DNA from: the human T2T-CHM13v2.0 reference genome, Homo sapiens
Assembly: GCF_009914755.1 (NCBI RefSeq)
Contig: NC_060932.1
Reading direction: 5' to 3' (one strand)
Length of the DNA stretch: 64,000 nt
In this document: one piece after another, positions 17,416 through 30,397 of the stretch
Position numbering within the stretch: the stretch's first letter is position 1
Layout: every line of letters starts with the position of its first letter
Translations under genes and position numbers: made by a program
The notes under the pieces: generated by a model
The model's input: the letters and a program-made list of their open reading frames with translations, nothing else
Database searches by the model: none
Told to the model about the DNA's origin: nothing

Positions 17416-18019
17416 GTAAAGGAGACATAAGAGGAGAAAGGAGGAAGTGAAAGGAGAATAACCCAGAAGTGGAGAAATTTAGAGAGATTAAAAAGAAGAA
17501 AATGCAGGGAGGAAGAAGTAAGAAGTCCTGATGTAAACTAATTTTTTAACAATCTAATGTGTACTGAGTTGTGTGGTATCAAAATGTCTAATCACTGCCC
17601 TTTGAAATGTTTACTAGATGCTCAATCTCTAAATGAAGCTGTCACTTCAGAATATTTTTCTCAGTGCTACATATGATAACTGAAACCAATGACACCTCCC
17701 ACCAAGGTCACTGGCAAAGGTCAGATGAAACCAAGCCAGACCTAACCTAGGTAAGAGAGGTTTCCTTCTCCACCAAGAATTGAGTATACTAAATACACAA
17801 TTTAAGCAAAGAAGCACTTCCTTTGCCTTACCCTCAAATCTGCATCCTTCTGCTTGCCCCATAAATCTAGAACACTGGGATTTGGTTAGAAAATCCCCAC
17901 TTGGGCTATCTATGTCCTATATGGCTTTACAGATATTCCACATACCTGTCCTTGGCCTTTGTCCTTCCAGACTGCAGTTCTGGGTCATTTCATTTATTTA
18001 GTGATGTCTGTGTACCATG

Positions 18020-18185
18020 TAATTTTTATAACAGCTGCGAAGTAGCTATGATTGTTGCCTTTATTCAACAGATCTGTACTTTGAGACAGAAAGGTTAAAT
18101 AACTTGCCCAAGGTCACCCAATAAGTGGTAAAGCCAGGGTCAGAGCTCAGATTGCCTGACTCTAAAACCCAGTCACTAGTCCTCT
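18020..18185 (-). mobile_element. MIR SINE
   Basis: gagacagaaaggttaaataacttgcccaaggtcacc...gactctaaaaccca. Confidence 0.7.
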
Positions 18186-18907
18186 CCTTACTTCATTCTA
18201 AGCTGTTCCTCTTTCCTTCCATGTCTGACATCATGCCACCTGGAATGTCAGCCCTGCACTGAAATCATCATGGTTGTTCTTCAAACTCTTCTTTATGAAA
18301 CCTTCCTGCACTCTTTGAAGTTAGCATATAATCTTCCTTTTCCACATGATGCTGGCCAGAAGTCCACACATCTGAGGACAAAGGCCATACTAACTTGGTT
18401 CTGATGTCAGTGCTTGCCACATGAATATTACCTGTTCTTAGAAGAAGCATTGTTGTACTGAGTGCCATGTTCTCTCTCCAGGTGTCGGTCTGAGTTTATA
18501 TTTTTAATTGTAGAATGAAATTCCTGGCGATCACCAATTCTGTCTAGCTTACATGGCATGTAAGACAATTCCTTTAACAAAACACAAACCAGGTGGTTAA
18601 GAGAGAAAAATACAGATAACTAAGAGAGGAGAGATAATTACTCCCCCCAAAAACTATTCCAGCCATATGTGGCCCTCATCCAAATGTTGGATGCCCATAC
18701 ATGTTCCTAAGAACAATGAGTGCGGAAGGGGGGAATGGAATTTAAATATACATTAGGCTTCTAAATGAAGTATTTGTGTTAGTTAGGGAATTTTAAGTTG
18801 TAAAATTACCTTCTTATAATCTTCTTGGAAGAACTTGGAGCATTCCATATTAGTTAAACAATCACCGACCCATCTGTCTCCTAGCTGCCTAAGCAACTAA
18901 GAGGATT

Positions 18908-18935
18908 TGCTGACTTGGACTTTTCTCTTTTCCAG
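18908..18935 (+). promoter_or_regulatory. KCNB2: Branch point (tgctgAc, A18913), polypyrimidine tract and 3' splice acceptor of the last KCNB2 intron
   Basis: tgctgacttggacttttctcttttccag directly precedes the in-frame ILAIVS of S1. Confidence 0.9.
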
Positions 18936-21092
18936 ATCCTGGCCATCGTGTCTATCCTGTTCATTGTGCTTTCCACCATTGCTTTGTCTCTCAATACGCT
19001 GCCGGAGCTGCAGGAAACGGACGAATTTGGACAACTCAATGACAACCGCCAATTAGCACACGTGGAGGCTGTGTGTATTGCATGGTTTACCATGGAGTAC
19101 CTTTTGCGATTCTTATCCTCACCAAATAAATGGAAGTTCTTCAAAGGCCCACTGAATGTCATTGATTTGCTGGCCATCTTGCCGTACTATGTCACCATTT
19201 TTCTGACGGAGTCCAACAAGAGCGTGCTGCAGTTCCAAAACGTGAGGCGCGTGGTCCAGATCTTCCGAATCATGCGCATCCTCAGGATCCTGAAACTCGC
19301 CAGGCATTCGACAGGCCTGCAGTCTCTGGGTTTCACCCTTAGGCGGAGTTACAATGAATTGGGCTTGTTGATATTGTTTCTGGCCATGGGGATAATGATA
19401 TTTTCCAGCCTGGTATTTTTTGCTGAGAAGGATGAAGATGCTACCAAGTTCACCAGTATCCCTGCATCATTTTGGTGGGCCACCATCACCATGACCACTG
19501 TTGGCTATGGTGACATTTACCCTAAAACATTACTAGGGAAAATTGTGGGAGGTCTGTGCTGTATTGCTGGGGTTCTGGTTATTGCCCTTCCTATCCCAAT
19601 TATTGTGAACAATTTTTCTGAGTTTTACAAGGAGCAGAAACGCCAAGAGAAAGCAATTAAAAGGAGGGAGGCTCTTGAGCGGGCCAAAAGGAACGGAAGC
19701 ATCGTTTCTATGAACTTAAAAGATGCCTTCGCTCGAAGTATGGAACTGATAGATGTGGCTGTTGAGAAGGCCGGAGAGTCCGCCAACACAAAGGACTCCG
19801 CCGACGATAATCACCTGTCGCCAAGCCGGTGGAAGTGGGCCAGGAAGGCTCTGTCGGAAACAAGCTCCAACAAGTCTTTCGAGAATAAGTACCAGGAGGT
19901 TAGCCAAAAAGACTCCCACGAGCAGCTGAACAACACGTCTTCCTCCAGCCCACAGCATCTGAGTGCCCAGAAACTGGAGATGCTATACAATGAAATCACC
20001 AAGACACAGCCTCATTCTCACCCAAACCCAGACTGCCAAGAAAAGCCTGAGAGGCCATCTGCATATGAAGAAGAGATTGAAATGGAAGAAGTGGTGTGTC
20101 CACAGGAGCAGCTGGCCGTGGCACAGACCGAGGTCATTGTGGACATGAAGAGCACCTCCAGCATCGACAGCTTCACCAGCTGTGCCACCGACTTCACAGA
20201 GACAGAGAGATCGCCGCTGCCGCCGCCCTCCGCCTCTCACTTGCAGATGAAGTTCCCAACCGACCTCCCAGGGACAGAAGAGCACCAAAGAGCTAGGGGC
20301 CCCCCGTTTCTAACTCTATCCAGAGAGAAAGGACCTGCTGCCAGGGATGGCACGCTGGAGTATGCCCCAGTTGACATAACTGTGAACCTCGATGCCAGTG
20401 GCTCCCAGTGTGGGCTACATAGTCCTTTGCAGTCTGACAATGCCACCGACAGTCCTAAGAGCTCTCTAAAAGGCAGCAACCCACTAAAGTCCAGATCCCT
20501 CAAAGTGAACTTTAAGGAAAATAGAGGCAGTGCACCACAGACCCCGCCCAGCACAGCCAGGCCACTGCCAGTCACCACAGCTGACTTTTCGCTCACTACC
20601 CCGCAGCACATCAGTACCATCCTCTTAGAAGAAACCCCCTCCCAGGGAGACAGACCCTTGCTGGGCACTGAGGTTTCAGCGCCTTGTCAGGGACCTTCCA
20701 AAGGGCTGTCCCCCAGGTTTCCCAAGCAGAAACTGTTCCCTTTCTCTTCAAGAGAGAGGAGGAGCTTCACTGAAATAGATACTGGTGACGACGAAGACTT
20801 CTTAGAGCTCCCAGGGGCAAGGGAGGAGAAGCAGGTGGACTCCAGCCCAAATTGCTTTGCAGATAAGCCTAGTGATGGGAGAGACCCTTTAAGAGAAGAG
20901 GGCAGTGTGGGCTCTTCCTCCCCGCAGGACACAGGTCACAACTGTAGGCAAGACATTTACCATGCTGTAAGTGAAGTCAAAAAGGACAGTAGTCAAGAAG
21001 GGTGCAAGATGGAAAATCACTTGTTTGCCCCAGAAATTCATTCCAACCCAGGAGACACAGGTTATTGTCCCACACGTGAAACCAGCATGTGA
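18936..21092 (+). CDS. KCNB2: Terminal coding exon of Kv2.2 (Shab-related K+ channel): S1-S6, S4 voltage sensor, TVGYG filter, PIP hinge, long C-terminus ending ETSM
   Basis: Translation shows [14 protein letters not shown] (S4), [17 protein letters not shown] (pore), [17 protein letters not shown] and [13 protein letters not shown] (PRC), ending [10 protein letters not shown]. It is preceded by a pyrimidine tract and AG (ttttctcttttccag|ATC), phase 0. The T1 domain exon lies upstream, outside the window. Confidence 0.98.
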   Translation: MLAIVSILFIVLSTIALSLNTLPELQETDEFGQLNDNRQLAHVEAVCIAWFTMEYLLRFLSSPNKWKFFKGPLNVIDLLAILPYYVTIFLTESNKSVLQFQNVRRVVQIFRIMRILRILKLARHSTGLQSLGFTLRRSYNELGLLILFLAMGIMIFSSLVFFAEKDEDATKFTSIPASFWWATITMTTVGYGDIYPKTLLGKIVGGLCCIAGVLVIALPIPIIVNNFSEFYKEQKRQEKAIKRREALERAKRNGSIVSMNLKDAFARSMELIDVAVEKAGESANTKDSADDNHLSPSRWKWARKALSETSSNKSFENKYQEVSQKDSHEQLNNTSSSSPQHLSAQKLEMLYNEITKTQPHSHPNPDCQEKPERPSAYEEEIEMEEVVCPQEQLAVAQTEVIVDMKSTSSIDSFTSCATDFTETERSPLPPPSASHLQMKFPTDLPGTEEHQRARGPPFLTLSREKGPAARDGTLEYAPVDITVNLDASGSQCGLHSPLQSDNATDSPKSSLKGSNPLKSRSLKVNFKENRGSAPQTPPSTARPLPVTTADFSLTTPQHISTILLEETPSQGDRPLLGTEVSAPCQGPSKGLSPRFPKQKLFPFSSRERRSFTEIDTGDDEDFLELPGAREEKQVDSSPNCFADKPSDGRDPLREEGSVGSSSPQDTGHNCRQDIYHAVSEVKKDSSQEGCKMENHLFAPEIHSNPGDTGYCPTRETSM

Positions 21093-21323
21093 CTAGTTAC
21101 AAAAGCAATAAATTGAAACAAAACAAAACAAAACAAAACTTGTTTCTTAAAAATGCGGTTAATAATGCCTGTGAACTAAAAAAATGGGAAGCCCTCCCCA
21201 AAAAAAGTGCATAAAATGTTATTTTTGCATGGCATGAACAGTTTAGCTTAAGTACTGTTTAAATAATGAGTCAAGACTGCATTTTGTAACAAACCAACAA
21301 AAATGACTGAAGAACAGTGAACA

Positions 21324-21329
21324 AATAAA
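21324..21329 (+). terminator. KCNB2: Proximal poly(A) signal AATAAA (short 3' UTR; another AATAAA at 21107-21112)
   Basis: AATAAA about 230 nt after the stop, TGTA upstream (21285) and T/GT-rich sequence downstream. Confidence 0.6.
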
Positions 21330-22756
21330 AAGAGCTCTATTAGGAACCAATATTCTGCAATGTCTGACATTTTTGATCCTTTCATTTCAAATTGTAGGCC
21401 GATTTTCAAGTCTTAACGTTTATTTTACAATGAAGCTTAGAATTTTCACATGAAAGGATGAAATGTCATTGCATGCATTCATAATTATGAAGAATAAGGT
21501 ACTGTGAGCTTGCAAAATGCATAACTTTGTAAATAATGGGGCCTGGATGCAAAAGTGTCATGAACACATGGAAACAAATTTCTGAGACACAGGTATTTCC
21601 TTCACAGCTACTGCCTGGAGGAGCTGTACAGACTTCCTGTTGCAAAATTGCAACCTCTCCTTAAACCATCTCGCATATCTTGCTTTGAGTTATAAAGCTC
21701 TTAAAAGTACATTTGTTTAAAGGAATACAGTATTTTTTATTTATTTGTGATATAATTCATAGGCTGCATTTTACTTTTTTGCTTCTGCTTAGTTGTGGCA
21801 TTTGTGGTTCATTTATAAATCATAGACATAGGCAAGATTTAATGACCAGATATCAAAATATTTGAAATTTTGCCAATAAGTTATATGTCATGCCACAGCC
21901 GATTACAGAAATGCATTTTTTAAAAACCTGAAATTATTTAAAAGGTTGTATCATACAATTAAATGTTTTTAAGGCAGTCTACATTTGGAAATTAGTTCTG
22001 TTAAAAAATTTGGCCACCTAAAGATGACTGTATTTTCCACTTGTATCCAACATAACATAACCTTTCCTAACTAAAGTTCTAAAAATAGAATACAGATATG
22101 CCAAAATGGAAATTCCAAAAAGTGACTTGACAAACTAAAAGCAGAGTCATTTAAGTGAGATTGCCGCTGCCACTCATAGAGTTGGCTGGGAGATGAGTTA
22201 CTATGAAAAGAGCCCAGGCGTGGTAATGGGTCACCCTATATTTCTCAACATGGGATGCGAGGTGGGGGGACACTGCAATGTGTGGGAGGAAGTTGTTCTT
22301 TTTGCAGGATATGAATTACAGAACCCAGAGCACAGATGGCAGTCACACCCTCCTGTAATTACAGCAACTAGAAACACCCCCTTGCATTTCCAACCTTTTC
22401 AGGGGGTGGTTGGGACTCTGTTTGTTCAAAATGACTTTCAGCATTTTTGACTAGGAGCGGTGAAATCCAGAGCAGTGAAGACACTGACCAGAGATTGCCC
22501 TGTTGGTGAAGTCTGTGCTAGAACCCAGGTCATCTTAATTCACTTTGCTTCACAGGAATCAAGGCTCTGGTCCAAATTTGCAACCACCAGATGTGGGATT
22601 CTAGGCAAGCCTGTACAACCTTTCTTGATCTCAGTTTTGCCCCAGTAAAAATCAAGACAAAATTATTTCCAAGGTCCCATAAGACTTTAATATGATTCCT
22701 TGGTCTCCCAGGAAGGTCCAGATTTTGCCTCAGCCTGATGCACTTTGTACACGTCT

Positions 22757-22757
22757 G

Positions 22758-22800
<43 letters not shown>
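22757..22800. repeat. (TG)n microsatellite
   Basis: About 21 TG units with one interruption. Confidence 0.95.
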
Positions 22801-22805
<5 letters not shown>

Positions 22806-25800
22806 TCAGGGAAACAGGAAGATGCTGGGCCAAATTTAAAGCACAATTCATGTTTAAATTAAAAAATTCTGAATTTTATTTTATTTTTAAAAGGAAAAAA
22901 TAGCCCAAATATTTAGACTGTTATTTAAGTCTTTAAAGAAAAACATTTCTTTATTAACAGAATCTGGTCATTATATCTCAGATAAGAAAACAGGTTTTGA
23001 TTTTAGTTGAAACATAAGCAGACCTACTGCTAAAAATAATTTTAAACATTTCTTTTTTCACTGTGCTTAGAATTTCTTACTGGTTTTCATGTTTGTTTCA
23101 AAACATAACCTTAAAGAGTTTATGGTCACTAATCGTTGATATTTACATTACTCATACTTATTTCAGTGTCTAAAGCTAAATATTGATCAGTTTTGTAAAT
23201 AGAGTGTTTGAATTTTCTGTCTATAGTTTTTCAAGGTCAAACAGGTATATCTGCTGTTAGATGCATAGCAAATAATTTATGAAAATCATTTTATTTACAT
23301 AGCCTCATAAAGCAATTATTTTCGAACATCTCTTATTGATGAATCTCAACTCTTTTTATTCATCTTTCTGTATAAGTGGACTTGTCTTAATGCGCTAAGA
23401 GTTGACTGATGCCCACCTTTCCTATGTCTGTTAGGCCTTCTGCTGACAACACTGCTCCAGAATGTTTAATATTAGAAAGCTTGCCTAGTCGAAGAATCCT
23501 AGACATTCCTCCCTAGAAGCGTCCTCCCCAAAATCTTTTTTCCCTTCATTCTAAGGTACATTTTTAAGTTTTAGAGAATTTTCTAGTACAACGCATGGAA
23601 GCTTATCCTTCCATTTTCCTTAGTTCCTCTGAGCCAAAAGTCTTCAGCTAGGAAAAAAAGAAAATGCTCCTCTAAGAAACATCTTTGACTTTGGTGTTTC
23701 ACAAGGAGGCAGTGTGGGGACTGAAGGCTCCCAGGATGCACTTGTGTAGCACTTCCTAAGCCTTTTCCATGAACTGCACCTAACGCAGAGAATAAACATG
23801 TGTGCCTGGAATGGTCTGGGAATGTCCCAAGCACAGAGTTCTTTTGGAGTCTTATGTTTTACACAAAAAATTCATGTAAATGCTGCATTTTACTTCATAA
23901 TTTTATATATTCCATATGTTTAAATATTTTAAAAATAATGTTTTATATTATTTACCAACTAGTAAAATGGATACTTGTGTAACTTTAAATACGTCTTTTG
24001 TATCCCCTGGAAAAATAGATCCCCAGTTTGAGATGCACTGCATGAATGGCAGGAACAGAGATTGGTTCCCTGAGGGCCACTGGAGGTTTCTGCTGCTGAG
24101 AGCACTCACCCCGTGTTACAAGTGAGGATTATTTGAATGACTACAAAATAACTCAGTTCCATGTATGGCTAATTTGATTCTTCTGACTCTCTTAACAACC
24201 AGCACAAATTGCCACAATATTGTTTGAGGTCAAAGATTGAGTCCAATCCTATGAGGATAGAAATGGGTGCATCAATGTGTGTCCTGAGTCAGACCACACA
24301 TACAAGGATGATATGCTAAGTGGGTCCCTGGAATTGACTTGATTCATCTCTAAACATTTTTACTAGAAATTTCTCTACCATGACACAACCAGCTGCTTTG
24401 AAGCAAGGATTTGATCAAGTGTTATCCTGATATAACTAGATTTGGTAACAAGGAGAATATGTGCCAAGTGTCTGTTCCCATTAATTTCTTCTCAAAACAG
24501 TCTCACTCTCCTGTAGACACTGGCCTAGGAAAGTCAACAATTCAACTATTTTCTCTTGAAATTTGAATACCAAAAAAAAGCCATATGTATATAGAGTACT
24601 TATAGTTTCTTATCTCACAACAGCCTTTTGAATATTCAGTAAAGGACTGGAGGGGTTATACATTTTGCTCAATTTCACACATGTCCCTGGTGAATAGAAC
24701 TTGGCCTCATCCATGCCGTCCGGCTTCAAGTCTGGCATTCCAGTATACTACAGGAAAGTATGTTTAGTTAGGCTTGGTTTTTTTTTTTCTAATAATATCA
24801 AAAATATGTAAATAAAACTGGAGGTGTATTTATAGTCACACAGCTTGTTTAAAGCAGAAGTAGATGGTGCCAAATGGTAAAAACATAAAAGAACTGGCAT
24901 TGACCATCTTTTGCATATATGTTTCCCAATTTGGAATTCTGACCATAAGATATACATTCCTTGGTTAAAGAAAAGAATTCATTGTTCATGATATCACATG
25001 ACGTACTCATTAAGCAGAGGGCTGCAGGAAGACACTTAATCTGAAACAAAAGCAAATAGAACTTTAGAAATACTTCTAAGTTCAAAAATATTGTCTAGTT
25101 GAATTTGATAATCATTTCACTGTTCATTTGTTCAAATACTAGTTGAGCATCCCTGTATGGTGCTAGGGTACAACCCTGGCTTCATGGAGCTTACTGCCTG
25201 GCCCACTTAAAACCAAGCTGAGGATTTGGTTACTGAAAAATGTCTTTTCTGAGGATGGAAAAACCATTCAATTATCAAGCCAGGGAAGCACACAACAGAA
25301 ACAAATGAAGTGATTTTCCAAAGAACTGTTTTCCTAAAAAGTAGATGGATGGAATAAAGTCTAATCTAAAATTATTTTTGAATCACAGTTTAGATTTCAT
25401 GTTTGAAATAACAAATTGTTAATCTGATTGAGTGAGGTTATGGGTTGTCTTTCCTTATATGATAAAATGAAAAATAATTTTTTATTAGATATATTGCTTG
25501 TCAAAATAGCTAATTATAGTCTGTAACAAGTCACTAGAGCAAAATTTAATACTAGTGGAAAAGTCTGCTAAAAAGTTTATGTTTTAATAGTGTGTTTGAT
25601 GGTTATATTATTAAAAGCAAAGCATTTTAATGCTTTTTCTTCCTATTAACTATCGGCAACATTTTAGGGATATATCATTAATCATTGCTTAGTCCTCTCA
25701 ATTTCTAAATGAAAGATTTTTAAAATTCAGTATTTAAAAACTACTTAGTTTGACTCAAGGTATTTATTCTCTAAGTCCATATGGATTTTGTGACTGCACT

Positions 25801-27194
25801 GCCCTCCCCCAAAACAGCACAACAACAAAAAAAGAAAAAAAGAAAGAAAGCAAAAGAAAGCCACAAAATCTAAATTAAAATTGAAAAGTTTAAAAGCCCA
25901 TCCCTACTAAGAGGAAAGGTCCCAACTCCAAAATTTTGGTGAACACCTCATATTACTCAGTTTAGCATTTATTGTGACATAGTGACATAAATGCTCTCCT
26001 TTAGTGGTTTCAATGACCATTTCTTCTCCTTGCCTTTTTAAAACAGCCTAACTTAATTTTATAAATCCTTATTTACCATAATCTCTTCCTTGTTAAGTTT
26101 AAAAGAATTTTAACCTGTAAATACACATATAAATAAAGGGAAGTGAGGGACTGTCTTTAATAGTAAGGTCATCCAAGGCCAGCCAAAGATACAAGTACAA
26201 AATAAAAGAAGAAAGACTAAGAAAAATGTAAGTAAATTAAATATGTTTTTAAGCAGAAAAATTTATATTAGGTATAGGCATGCACCTGCATAAAGTTTAG
26301 ACTAAATACTTACTATTTATAGGAAATTTAGAATTCAGGCCATAATTCCAATTCTACTTTCTCTCCTGAAGAAATTATTTCTTATCATCTGACAGATATT
26401 TCCAGATTGTTGTTGATAAAGTGTTTTATTCAACAAATATATGTTGAGGGTCACCTATGTGCCCAAAATTAACTTAGGTACAGTTCATTCCCTCAAGTTT
26501 GCAGTCTAGCAGAGGTTTCATATTTAAGAGGTTATAGTACCAAGTAAAATCCAATTCCAGTGGATTGCAGTAAGCTAATAATAGTATGACAGTAGATTTG
26601 AGTTTGTTGTTGGAAAATGTCTGTAACTCCCTTTTATTTTCTTTCAGACCCAAGTTATTTTTTTCCATTCTCTAATCTAGAATCTGAATTTCCACCACAT
26701 AGGGTTTCTAAACACTCATGCTTAAAATTGCAGTAGCTGTCTGAAATCTAGTGACAAAGTATTTGAATGAAGACATTTCCCACTTTAGCAGAATAGGATT
26801 CTAGCCAAAAATGACTTTGAAAATGATCGTTTTTATACTCCCGTAACTGTTCTGTTTGATTTTTTTAAATCCTAGGCTGTATGCTGAGCTAGATGCCACC
26901 CCAAGCTGCTGATTTTATGAAAGCCGAACGCCCATCTGAGCAATGTTTATCTTCCCTCCGCGGTGGGCAATGCTGGCCAACAGTATGGCTACATAGTTTT
27001 TCTTTTAACTATTTTTGCTCCATTTCAACCTAAAACACACTTAGGATGGTATACCAAACACTTAAAATAGACTTTCAAAATCAAAACTCAGGGAAACTGA
27101 CACGGAATAGTGAGGACAGAGCAGCGTGGAAAGATACAGGTTCAGAGAGGATGTCAGGGGCGCTCCGCCGTCCGGCTTGTTACTCCCTGTGTCG

Positions 27195-27212
27195 AGTGCC
27201 CTCTACTGGTCA
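27195..27212 (-). promoter_or_regulatory. CTCF binding motif, reverse orientation
   Basis: Minus strand reads TGACCAGTAGAGGGCACT, matching CCASYAGRKGGCRS at all positions, in a locally CpG-enriched non-repeat patch. Confidence 0.7.
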
Positions 27213-29006
27213 GTCTGAGAGAAGGTGGAAGTGTACAGGCCAAGAAAGGATGCCTTCACCAGGACTTGAAAACCACCTTCAGTTTTCCACCTTCAGTTCC
27301 CCCTGCATTTAGCCAAAACCACAATTCCATTGCTTTTTCAGTGATTACATCTCAGGTTTTTTTTTTTCTTTTTCCAAAATATTTGATAAAACTCTTGCTA
27401 CCCTTTGCACAGCACTTTCAGAGTATTCCTACCTCCAAAATCAAAACAAAATCACAAGTGTAGCTGAATGTTTAGCGGTGCCCTAGTCTACACTTGGGAT
27501 ACACAGTAAATGCTATTTTCACCTTTCTGCCATTAGTGGGAAGCAAGATAAGAACTCAAAATGGTGGGTTTAAAAAAAAATCATGGATCTGTAATGACAA
27601 GGCTATTTGGGTTGACTCACTCCAAAACCCACAGTTTCCATTCGACTTGAAGATTACAAGTAGAGCCTGAAATACCCCTGAATTGACTCTTGGGAAAAAA
27701 AGAATGGTTTCTAAACTCCCCTTAGACATCTGTGTGTGCTGGCCAGATATTCTACTACAGCCAGATTTCTGGCCCACCTTTAAAGCAAGATGTTTCTAAC
27801 ATTTTTATTTGGGTATGGGTTAGGCTGTTTTCAACCTGTAAATTATACTCACATCATAATGTTTCATGACAAGAAGATTTTTGTAAGGAAAACACGCAGA
27901 AAGAAACATATTGGTATTACCCAAATTACTTATCCAACAAAATGCTATCACTAGAATTAATTAATAAAAATGTACATATTCTATGAAAATCTCACTAAAG
28001 AACTAGCAAAAATTTTCCTATTAATATTTAGCTCAAAACCAAAGAGAAGAGAAAAAGAAAAACACGGAACTTACAAAACACTTACAAAAACTAGTGTGTG
28101 ACACTATCTTGTCACACAATAGCCAAGTTCCAAACTCATGCAATTTTAAAGAGGTATGATATTAAACCATAAAAAATTCAGTGAATGCATAAAGAAGGTT
28201 TATTAAGCAAATATGAGGTACAGTTAACACACTGAAGCATTTTTAATAACCTTTAACTTAACTACATAGCGGCTATGTTTGCTTTTAGCACCTTGATTTC
28301 AATCTGAAGTCTTTCTGTTTGATATTGTTACTTGTGTGTTTGCTTACTTGATTTGTTTTGTTTGGAGAAGTGAGGGTAGGTGGGAGAAAGTTGTTGAAAA
28401 GGAATATTATTGGGCAACTTATTAACATTACCTAGTGTACCTGGAGTACAATAGAAACCATTTGTAGACATGCCTCGGCCATCACACTCCCCTCCCCCTT
28501 TTTGTCAAGTTTTACCATCCTGGTTTGGAAACAGATTCTTGTGATCAAATTTCAGATCCTGCTAATTAAGACTTTTATCAACTTAAAGTATAATTAAAAA
28601 AATACAAAAAAAAAATCATTCCTCTCCTGTCTGCAGTACTCCCCACAATCCTTCCCTAGAATCTCCCTGAGCAGAGTATATCAGGTACCAGGTCAAAGGG
28701 AAGACCAAATGAGCCATTAGTAATCACAACTTGAAGCCCAAAGCCAAGAGCAACAGGAGGATGTCCCAGCAGTCAGAAAACGTAGCAAGGCCTGAGGACA
28801 AAGGAATTGTCTCTATACAGTATAATAACATGATTTGACCAACAAAACAATGACATAGTGTTTTCCCCCATTATGGACAAAAAAAAAAAAAAAAGTATGT
28901 TTTAAGCCTCTATTAAGTTATTTTACTTCAAAGGTAAATAGCTGGCTGGTGAGAAAGGTGGTCCCTAATTCACTAGTTTATCACAAGGATTTAGGCATCA
29001 TCCTAA

Positions 29007-29368
<362 letters not shown>

Positions 29369-29897
29369 CTTTTTATCATTTTCAATGGTAATAAACAGTT
29401 CAATCAGGGAAAACTGATATTGCTCTGGTAGTTTTTATATGGTTCTGGGCCAAAACGGTAATGACAGTTTAAGCAAAACTTTAGCAAAAGATTCTAGGCG
29501 TAGAGAGAAAGCCATATTGAAAATTTGTACTTTGCTATACATCCAATTACAAATAATTTGCATTTGGATTCTTTTTTTCTAATATTCTTTCATGTAAAAA
29601 TCTTTTTAGGTGATCATTTGAAATTAATACTTTTTATTTTCTTATAAATATAGGTTTTTTTAAAAAATTGCATAAGCAAGATGATACAGAGTAAAGCACC
29701 TAGCACAATGCCTGACAAATAGGAGGTATAGATTTTCTTTTTTAAAAGTATTCCAAAAAAAATTATTCAATCCACATTAGTATGCTAATGACTTAGTCTT
29801 CTAAAATTCTTCTATGGCTTTCTAAACAGTCAAAATTTTACGTGTGTATGTGAGTATAACTCACTGTTACGTAAAATGGAAGGCATTTTACTTGCTA

Positions 29898-30020
29898 AAT
29901 TATACATATTATACATATGTATAATATATATATTATACATATGTATAATATATATAATTAACATATGTATAATTATATATATTATACATATGATATTCTA
30001 TTATATAAATTATGCATATA
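29898..30020. repeat. AT-rich palindromic tandem repeat (unit about TATTATACATATGTATAATATATA)
   Basis: Three to four degenerate copies; 46-bp perfect palindrome at 29906-29951. Confidence 0.85.
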
Positions 30021-30133
30021 CACCCCATGTGGCTTTAAAAATACATTGACATTATTTGGACAAACCACATTCTATTAAAACTAGGTAGTGCATTTCTTTT
30101 ACCTAATTGCCTTAACTTTTTAATGTTTAATAG

Positions 30134-30397
<264 letters not shown>

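Noticed and set aside
18915-18935. ORF-track start MDFSLFQ of the 725-aa ORF
   Set aside because: It is a TTG inside the intronic branch/pyrimidine tract; the exon begins at 18936
18881-20932. Several antisense and alternative-frame ORFs of 60-143 aa overlapping the KCNB2 exon
   Set aside because: Expected shadows of a GC-richer coding sequence, with no recognisable domains
29898-30020. CRISPR-like or loxP-like palindromic array
   Set aside because: No unique spacers, low-complexity AT repeat, mammalian context
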